This document shows positions 57,632 through 64,000 of a DNA stretch of 64,000 nt, in pieces. Both the position numbers and the translations under genes were made by a program. Below the pieces are notes generated by a model. That model was not told where the DNA came from. It saw only the letters and a program-made list of their open reading frames with translations, and did no database searches. Every line of letters begins with the position of its first letter. Within the stretch, counting starts at the first letter, position 1. This stretch comes from an uncultured Nitrososphaerota archaeon (GTDB lineage Archaea > Thermoproteota > Nitrososphaeria > Nitrososphaerales > Gagatemarchaeaceae): contig CAVRAG010000004.1 in assembly GCA_963718895.1 (NCBI GenBank), positions 192,001-256,000 on the forward strand, read 5' to 3'.

Positions 57632-60133
57632 CTAGGACGTGACTATCACGAAGGTGTCGCCACTGGAGCTCGGTGCCGGACTGAAGCCCGCTGTTGTGGC
57701 CGTGGTAGCTGTGTTGGCGGTGATGAGTTGTGCCTCACCTGCTGCAGGACCTGAAGTGTATAGCAGGTAATAGCCGATCCACTCGTTTGTGGTCCAGGAG
57801 GCGCTCGTGTCATTGAGCAGCACGTTCGTGGTCCCAGCCGTGGTGGTCCCGAAGAAGGTGCTGGCGTGTTCGACACAGAAGGTCAAGGGTATGTTTTCGT
57901 AGTCCCGGTCGTCGAGCCCGGTCGTGAGTCCGGGTCTCGTCGAGAGCGTCACCATGTAGGAGCAGGAGTACCATGTGGTCGTGTCCTCAGTGATTGTTCC
58001 GAAACCGCCCCGAGGGGTGGCCCATGGGGCTATTCCCGTGCCCGCGATAGTCCCCGGTGCGGATGTGCTGCAACTGGTGATTGCCAGACTCCAATTCCCG
58101 GCGGCCATCAGTTCATGGTCGACGGTGAATTCTACGCCGAGGGAATCGTCGATTGGGGTGCAACAACCGCTTGAGAACTCGACGAGGTTTAGCTGGTTGA
58201 CCTCGTTCCAGTTGTTCAAGTGGAGTTGGGTGGGGGCCTGGGAGGTATCCGCAGTGGTGCCTGGTGGGAATGTCGTTACCCGGGTGGCTTCGAACGTTAT
58301 CAACGCGTCTATCCCATCTTTCTGCTGGGCCGCAGGTACGGGGTTCCCGGCCCCAGGCAGGGGAGGGGTGCCTCCGATGATAACCTGGGTTGTGTCGAAG
58401 CCAAGGAGATTCGTAAATGAGGAACCAGACAGGAAACTCGGGTCAAAGGTGACCCAGCCGTCGGCGTCCGGCACCAGGTAGTGCGTATTCGGCCAGTACC
58501 ACGGATTACCCACCGTTGGTGGAGGCACATCCGCCACAAGCGTCGGCCCGATGGCCACGGTTTGGGGGGTAGAAGCAGAGCCGGCGGTCGTTATCCAGGC
58601 CGCGTCGTGGGTGGGCCAGGCGATCTCTCGGGTATCCTCTATCTGCCAAAGCAGCGTGCTGGTGATTGGCGCAAGGGTGGAGAGCGCGGCTCCTGCAGCT
58701 GCCGTTCGTGCCACCGTGCCGTTCACGCCGCGGGTCACCGTCAACGTGGTTCCCGCGTAGTTGGTCACAGTCATGATCTCGCCTGTGCTGATGACCACCA
58801 CATTGAACGGAGTGCCCGGAAGGCCGGCGACCGGAAGACCTGCGACGCTCGCCAGGGTGATAGAGGTCGCAAGGGAGGAGATGGCAGCGGTCAGGGTTGT
58901 TTCAGTGGTGAGCGAGGTCGATGTGGAGGCGCCAAAGAGGAAGCGATACTTCATCAGCGTGCCCGGGGTGACCGGGGAGTATGCCGGACAGAGCCCGCTC
59001 AGTTGCAGTTGTCCGGTGAACGCAAAGTTCGGGCCGCCCCCGTAGGACAGACCAGGGAAGGCGGTACACGTAGTCAGACCCGTTGCGGGAGTGCCAGAGT
59101 TGGGCTGGCTATTGACGTCCGTGAAGATGCTGAGGAAGCCCACCTGGGTGAACCACGGGACGAGGGCGCTGGGGGTGGGATGGCAGATGACTATGCACCA
59201 GCGCGAGCATATCTCGTAGCAGAACCAGTGACAGAGCTGGAGACAGTACCTCTCCGCCTTGTATTCCGTCACCAAGGCTGCGAAGGACTTTGAGTCTCCG
59301 GATTGTAGGGCCGACAGAAGGCGGGGGAATGCATCCTTATTCTCAGCGAGCTGCGCTGAGAACAGCGCGAACTCGCGCATCTCCTCGATTGGATCCTTTA
59401 TCTCAGGAATGGGGAAGGACTGACAGAGGGGAAGGCAGATCCACACGCAGCGCCAGCTGCAGAACCATTCGCAGATCAGATAACAGTCAACGAAGCCGCC
59501 GACGATGTCACTTAGTGAGTCGACGTCAGACGCTACGGCCGCCGCAATCGCGCTCCGAAGTGTCACGCTCTTCTTGGCCAGCTGCCCGACGGCCGCCCCC
59601 ACGCGAGCTAGTTCGGCAACGACCTGGTCCGTCTGCACGTCCTCTTCACCGCAAACAACTTCGCAAATGAGCCGGTAGCGAATTGCGGAGACCCAGTGGC
59701 AGAGCAGGTGACAGTATTGTTCAGCCCCGAGTTCGGCCACGACCGTCTTGAACGCCACCGAATCTCTGTCCTGCACAGCGTCGACCAAGCGCCTGATCAG
59801 AAACTCGTCCTGGCTGAGATTTGACACGACGTCTGCAAAGCCGACGACCTGTTCGACCGTCACGGGTTGTCGGGGTGGCGGTCCGCAGACAAGCAAGCAT
59901 TCAAGCACGCTCTCCTTGCTCCGCAACCACGAGCAGATCACATCACAGTCATCGTCGACCCTTAGGTCTGCCAACAGGTGCTGGAACAGCTTGCTGTCCC
60001 CGGCCTCGAAGGCATCAACGACGGAACGAAATACGACGGGGTTTCTCGCGACTATGCCGATGACTTTGCTCGCACGGGAAAAACGGTCAGGAACTCGAGT
60101 TTCAGCAGTAGGAGTCTTGCTTGGAGAGGACAC
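57632..60133 (-). CDS. 833-aa protein with four Cys/Trp-rich helical repeats and beta-rich C-terminal domains
   Basis: Long ORF with repeated C..[IL]C.W.......[IL]C..[IVL]C units; AT-rich promoter at 60140-60200. Confidence 0.85.
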   Translation of the reverse strand: MSSPSKTPTAETRVPDRFSRASKVIGIVARNPVVFRSVVDAFEAGDSKLFQHLLADLRVDDDCDVICSWLRSKESVLECLLVCGPPPRQPVTVEQVVGFADVVSNLSQDEFLIRRLVDAVQDRDSVAFKTVVAELGAEQYCHLLCHWVSAIRYRLICEVVCGEEDVQTDQVVAELARVGAAVGQLAKKSVTLRSAIAAAVASDVDSLSDIVGGFVDCYLICEWFCSWRCVWICLPLCQSFPIPEIKDPIEEMREFALFSAQLAENKDAFPRLLSALQSGDSKSFAALVTEYKAERYCLQLCHWFCYEICSRWCIVICHPTPSALVPWFTQVGFLSIFTDVNSQPNSGTPATGLTTCTAFPGLSYGGGPNFAFTGQLQLSGLCPAYSPVTPGTLMKYRFLFGASTSTSLTTETTLTAAISSLATSITLASVAGLPVAGLPGTPFNVVVISTGEIMTVTNYAGTTLTVTRGVNGTVARTAAAGAALSTLAPITSTLLWQIEDTREIAWPTHDAAWITTAGSASTPQTVAIGPTLVADVPPPTVGNPWYWPNTHYLVPDADGWVTFDPSFLSGSSFTNLLGFDTTQVIIGGTPPLPGAGNPVPAAQQKDGIDALITFEATRVTTFPPGTTADTSQAPTQLHLNNWNEVNQLNLVEFSSGCCTPIDDSLGVEFTVDHELMAAGNWSLAITSCSTSAPGTIAGTGIAPWATPRGGFGTITEDTTTWYSCSYMVTLSTRPGLTTGLDDRDYENIPLTFCVEHASTFFGTTTAGTTNVLLNDTSASWTTNEWIGYYLLYTSGPAAGEAQLITANTATTATTAGFSPAPSSSGDTFVIVTS

Positions 60134-60294
60134 AAAATATCAATTTTTAGAAGACGAATGAAGTATAAAGGTCTTTAATAATGTAAAATATTACATTTCG
60201 ATTACTTTTCCCGAGGATTCGACTCATTATGAAGTTCGGGGGAGGAGATCCCATCCACTTTCCAGCGTATCCGAGGCAGTCAAAGTGAGCGCGG

Positions 60295-60420
60295 TTAGCG
60301 CGAGGCAGGCAGCTTCTTCCGGTATCGGACCAGTGTTGCCAAGAGAACCTCCTCAACGTCGACATCCATCTCGTTCGCCATTGACAACAACGAAAAGACG
60401 GCATCTCCAAGTTCTGGCGA
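60295..60420 (-). pseudogene. MazG-like remnant, copy 2
   Basis: ELGDAVFSLLSMANEMDVDVEEVL; clear DNA similarity to 53956-54070. Confidence 0.65.
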
Positions 60421-60602
60421 ATGTATTCCCGTATCGCCTTCTTGCCGGCCATGGCGGGCTGATCTGGCGGCAGGACGACTGCGTCATCCGCCCAGAAGGA
60501 TACGATCAGGTCTACGTCCCCGGTGGCGGTGGCCCACGCCCAGTCTCGGCTCACTTGCATGAGGGATGCGCGCTCGGCTTCGGAGGAATCCTTGATGTCC
60601 AC
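60420..60602 (-). pseudogene. SnoaL/DUF4440 (NTF2-like) gene 5' half
   Basis: W..A...GDVD.I.SFWADDAVVLPPDQP...GK.AIR pattern; truncated at the MazG fragment. Confidence 0.7.
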
Positions 60603-60661
60603 GCGGGACTCTAGAAAGCCAACCAGCTTAAAGACATGCAGAACCCTACTAATCGGAGCGA

Positions 60662-60732
60662 GGGAGCTACGCTACTTTCACTGACTGTTAGCTTTCATTC
60701 AGGACCGCATGTCCGGAGCAGTCGACGCGACC
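60662..60732 (+). repeat. Diverged copy of 53881-53950 (small-gene 3' end and downstream flank)
   Basis: Shared CTTTCACT..CTGTTAGC.TT.ATTCAGGACCGCAT.TCCGG.GCA.TC.ACGCGACC. Confidence 0.7.
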
Positions 60733-60759
60733 CGCGGGCCAATTCCAAGCGCCGTGCGG

Positions 60760-61275
60760 TCACATCTGGCGACTCTGCGGGAGAGACCTCCTTCTCAATG
60801 GGAACTCTTCAGTCGGCCAAATGTCCGGCGGTCTGAAGCAACCGCGATGATAGCCCCTGGGACTGAAGAAGTCCAACGCCCTTTCAGCCTCCCTTAGTTT
60901 CTCGCCCATGAGGAAGGGATGCACTTCTTGCACGATTCTTAGGGCTCTCAGACCAACAGCTCTCTTGACCCACACCGGCTGGAAGACGTGGTCGTCTTTC
61001 GGTCTAGAGGGTCTCGACATCCCGACAAGGGCGCAGAACTTGAAGATTGGGTCGGGATCGGTCATTCCGAATGCGAGCTGAATGGCCGTACTGTCCATGG
61101 ACTTCACGTAGTGGCTTTCTATGCAGCCTTCTCCCTGAATCAACCCTCCCACCCAGGATCTTCCCTCGGCTGATGTGATGACGACTCCGGGGACGATTCG
61201 CTGACGCGGTGATACTATGTCCACTCGCAATGACCTCCCTGATGTCCCCTTCATCGCAATTCTGTCCATCTTCAC
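60760..61275 (-). CDS. Free-standing single-motif LAGLIDADG-like protein B
   Basis: WVGGLIQGEGCI, L.FGMTD and PFL.G.K...A patterns. Confidence 0.75.
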   Translation of the reverse strand: MKMDRIAMKGTSGRSLRVDIVSPRQRIVPGVVITSAEGRSWVGGLIQGEGCIESHYVKSMDSTAIQLAFGMTDPDPIFKFCALVGMSRPSRPKDDHVFQPVWVKRAVGLRALRIVQEVHPFLMGEKLREAERALDFFSPRGYHRGCFRPPDIWPTEEFPLRRRSLPQSRQM

Positions 61276-61856
61276 ACCCCCCGTTTCGACCCGCGATGTT
61301 TCGTTCTTTGCGGGAAATCTTTCGGGGTCCAGATGTCACCGTTCCTGAAACATCCGCGATGGGAACCCTCGGGCTCAAAGAAACTCAGCGCTCTTTCAGC
61401 TTCCCTCCGCTTCGTGCCGACGAGAAATGGTAGGATCTCGTGCAGGACACGAAGGGCTCTCAGGACAGCGATGTTCTTGTGCCATAACGGCTTCCACTGG
61501 TGATTCTTGACTGGCTTCGTGGGTGGCTCAAGTCCAACATACTCTGACAGTCGGAAGATAGGGGCGGAATCCACCATTGACACGTGAAGAGCCAGGTAAG
61601 TTGTATTACTCTTCTTGAGGTAACCGCTCTGAATACAACCTTCTCCCTGGATTATTGAGGCGACCCAGGATCTTCTCTCCTCCGTAGGGATGACAACATC
61701 AGGAATGTCCTTTCGCATAACTACAGCCAAGTTCGGTCGCCGGTGCCATTCCTCAGGCGCCTTGATTCCCAGCTTTCGCATGTGACACCACACAGTCGTC
61801 GCTTGGCTGTATCCCATCCTCTTGGCTGCTTCAGTCCGGGTCTTGCTAGTCTTCAC
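61272..61856 (-). CDS. Free-standing LAGLIDADG-like protein A with N-terminal HTH
   Basis: RTEAAKRMGYS...HMRKLGI HTH and WVASIIQGEGCI; paralog of the adjacent gene. The start may lie near 61929. Confidence 0.75.
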   Translation of the reverse strand: MKTSKTRTEAAKRMGYSQATTVWCHMRKLGIKAPEEWHRRPNLAVVMRKDIPDVVIPTEERRSWVASIIQGEGCIQSGYLKKSNTTYLALHVSMVDSAPIFRLSEYVGLEPPTKPVKNHQWKPLWHKNIAVLRALRVLHEILPFLVGTKRREAERALSFFEPEGSHRGCFRNGDIWTPKDFPQRTKHRGSKRGV

Positions 61857-62018
61857 TACCTCCTCGAAATACGCCGGAAACTCTGGACTTTCGAAGGGCG
61901 GTCTTGTTCCATAGGGAAACTTGTCCCAATTCTTACCTGCTTGCTGATCTGTGAGTCCGTGCTCGTTCTATCATTAACTTCCTCCGTCCTCTTATCCACC
62001 ACTGCATCATCGGTCATC

Positions 62019-62450
62019 TCAGACGCCTCCCAGCTCCCTGACCACGGACCCGAACTCCTCCATCGAGTAGGCCATGAAATCGGCGTCCTCCATGACCGCC
62101 CCGACGACGCTCCGGAGGGACTCCATGTCCACCTGCGGGAACTCGGCCAGCCCTAGGCACCTCACCCCCGGACGTACCGCCTTCAGCCTCCTGAACTTCA
62201 GGTTGACGTAGAGCGCGTTCCTCTCCGCCCAGCCCAAGGCAACCCCCCTCCGGCTCTCGCTCCTCCAGCACTCGATTACCGCGTCGAGCTTGGGTAGGAA
62301 GAAGTCAGGGACCATCAGCCGGGCGCCGACCTGGAATGTCACGTGCACCGAATACTCAAGGCGGAGGCCTTGGAGAAGGTCCCTCACTTCCTCTTCCTGC
62401 ATAGTCATCGGCGCACGGGCGTGCACCTTGCTCATCCATTTTGCAGACAT
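62019..62450 (-). CDS. PD-(D/E)xK / Vsr-DUF559-like nuclease-fold protein
   Basis: EEEV...L...L.Y...F......PDFFL....VIEC pattern. Confidence 0.65.
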   Translation of the reverse strand: MSAKWMSKVHARAPMTMQEEEVRDLLQGLRLEYSVHVTFQVGARLMVPDFFLPKLDAVIECWRSESRRGVALGWAERNALYVNLKFRRLKAVRPGVRCLGLAEFPQVDMESLRSVVGAVMEDADFMAYSMEEFGSVVRELGGV

Positions 62451-62596
62451 CTCTATCGCAAATAGATGGTAATGGGCTTATTAAACACCACAAGGGATTT
62501 ATCTTGCGATTCTAAAGTAATAGAGTCTATTTTGGGCTAATCAGTCCCCATATCCGGCGTGGTGTTTATTGCCGAATCCGGCCTGTACACCCTGAG

Positions 62597-64000
62597 TTGG
62601 AGCGTCTCACCCGACCTTCCAAGCTCGTGCTGCTTGCGGCCGGTACCGACAAGGGGAGCCCGGTCCGCGTAGCCGACGCCATCTACGACTCCTTCAGGAG
62701 CTACCGGAACGACCGCTGCGCCGTCTTCACGCGGGACGACGAGATCGAACGGTTCCTGCAAGACTCGGGCATCGACGCGGAGCGCCTCGAGCCGGGAGAG
62801 AACCTCCACTGGCAGGGTGTGCAAACGAGCCTGAAGAGGAAGTGGAAACGCATTATCATCGGAGACTACGTCGACTGGTTCAGCTGGTGCATGCAGTGGC
62901 AGAGGTTCAACGCGTTCCACACCGTGATTCTCTTCAGGCCCCTCAGCCGGATGGCCGATGACGAGGGCAGAGGGTACATCGACGGCTTCCTGACGAGGCT
63001 GTTGAACAAGCCCAGCCTGCACAGGGTCATCGTAATCGAGGAGACTGGCCTCCTGCCTGTGGTCGAGCAATGGATGGGAGATGGCCCTTCAATCTCTCAC
63101 CCGGGACTCTCGGGTCGCTTCGGCACAGACGAGGTCCGCGAAGCAATCCTCGCTACACTCTTCGGGACCAGACTCTCACATACGGACCTGAACCGTGCGG
63201 TAGGCAGGACGCTGTCGGCCAAGCTGAACCCGGACTGGCCCTCCATCTTGCAGAAGACGGAATCATCTCCGAGGATTCTGAGGCGCAACAACTTCCGCTT
63301 GCTCACAGATGAAGCGATGGAGAGGGTTCAGAGTCTTAGCAAGATTTCAACTAAGACTGCCGAACAGGGGCCCGGACATGAGGAGCTCTTCCGGCTCTCC
63401 CGGAAGCGGGAGCATCTGCGGGCCGACGACCAGTGGATCGAGGAGCGGATTCTCACCCTGGTGGAGGAGCGCGGCTGGTTCACCACTCCTGTGCTGTACG
63501 ACTATGCAAGAAGCCAGCTCGAGGAAGTCCTGCGGAGCAGCACGCCGCCTCCCTGGGCTATCCTGGACCAGTTCGAGAGGGCCCCGAACGACCCGCCAAT
63601 GGTGAACCTCCCGAGCAGGGCTACGCTGAGGCGGGTCGCAGAGCGCATGATCACGGAGGGGCGGCTGGCCAGGTCGACCTGGTTCAGGGAGGTAGGGCGG
63701 CCGAGCACCGTGTACCACAAGCCCGGGTCAGGTGAGTTCGCCCAAGACAATCGATGTGGCCAGTGCGCGTTCTACGTCCCGCTGAGAAGACGCTGCCGGC
63801 TCTGGTGGCTCCTCGACAAGGCCTTCGGCACCCACGACCCGCGCTGGAGCAAGGAGGGGGCGCACCCCCTCTCCGAGTTCGAACTCTACAAGATGAGGAA
63901 CTCGTGGCGGATAAGCCCGCACTCCTCGGCCTGCGCCCGTTTCACCGACAAGAAGAAGGACCATTCGCGGAAGGAGGTCCCTGAGAGCTGCGAGATCTGC
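62597..64000 (+). CDS. Large ORF (at least 468 aa, runs off the window) with wHTH-like and zinc-finger motifs
   Basis: Stop-free from TTG 62597 to the window end by manual translation; contains GRPSTVY, CGQCAFY...C and terminal CEIC. Absent from the ORF track because it has no stop. Confidence 0.8.
   Translation, partial: MERLTRPSKLVLLAAGTDKGSPVRVADAIYDSFRSYRNDRCAVFTRDDEIERFLQDSGIDAERLEPGENLHWQGVQTSLKRKWKRIIIGDYVDWFSWCMQWQRFNAFHTVILFRPLSRMADDEGRGYIDGFLTRLLNKPSLHRVIVIEETGLLPVVEQWMGDGPSISHPGLSGRFGTDEVREAILATLFGTRLSHTDLNRAVGRTLSAKLNPDWPSILQKTESSPRILRRNNFRLLTDEAMERVQSLSKISTKTAEQGPGHEELFRLSRKREHLRADDQWIEERILTLVEERGWFTTPVLYDYARSQLEEVLRSSTPPPWAILDQFERAPNDPPMVNLPSRATLRRVAERMITEGRLARSTWFREVGRPSTVYHKPGSGEFAQDNRCGQCAFYVPLRRRCRLWWLLDKAFGTHDPRWSKEGAHPLSEFELYKMRNSWRISPHSSACARFTDKKKDHSRKEVPESCEIC

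Noticed and set aside
522-61856. Identical MKTSKT starts in the ORFs at 522 and 61856
   Set aside because: The similarity stops after six residues and the second ORF probably starts further upstream, so this is coincidence.
1-64000. CRISPR array, cas genes or rRNA
   Set aside because: I saw no regularly spaced 25-40 bp repeats with unique spacers, no recognisable cas motifs and no rRNA-like sequence.

Overview
Archaeal chromosomal window. Gene content (SRP54-Pus10-rpl21e-rpoF-DUF655-ksgA cluster, eIF5A, NOB1, Dph6, a TrmB-like-domain histidine kinase) and high GC suggest a basal Nitrososphaerota/Thaumarchaeota genome; this placement is inference. About 1-24 kb is mostly housekeeping: HflX, tRNA-His with a D-loop intron, NAD salvage, and translation/RNA-modification genes. 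It is interrupted by a decayed tandem integration array at tRNA-Ala(CGC) (8.8-12.7 kb). About 24-64 kb is an accessory region rich in surface proteins and regulators. The best candidate for an undescribed system is a recurring surface-variation module: three membrane-tethered wHTH regulators, each divergent from an exported Ser/Thr-rich protein across a CTA-N5-TAG palindrome, plus four to five small membrane proteins with a constant scaffold, a hypervariable Cys-closed loop and a shared TTCGGACAAA-TATA promoter. Other candidates are a VPxWAY C-terminal sorting signal, a K-turn/GNRA ncRNA, a zinc-ribbon-less TFB, a Cys/Trp-repeat protein, an 18-aa Lys-rich micropeptide, and a tandem LAGLIDADG + PD-(D/E)xK + large Zn-finger gene cluster at the right edge. 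Several genes carry single +1 insertions that probably reflect consensus errors. All family calls come from motif recognition by eye; no searches were run.
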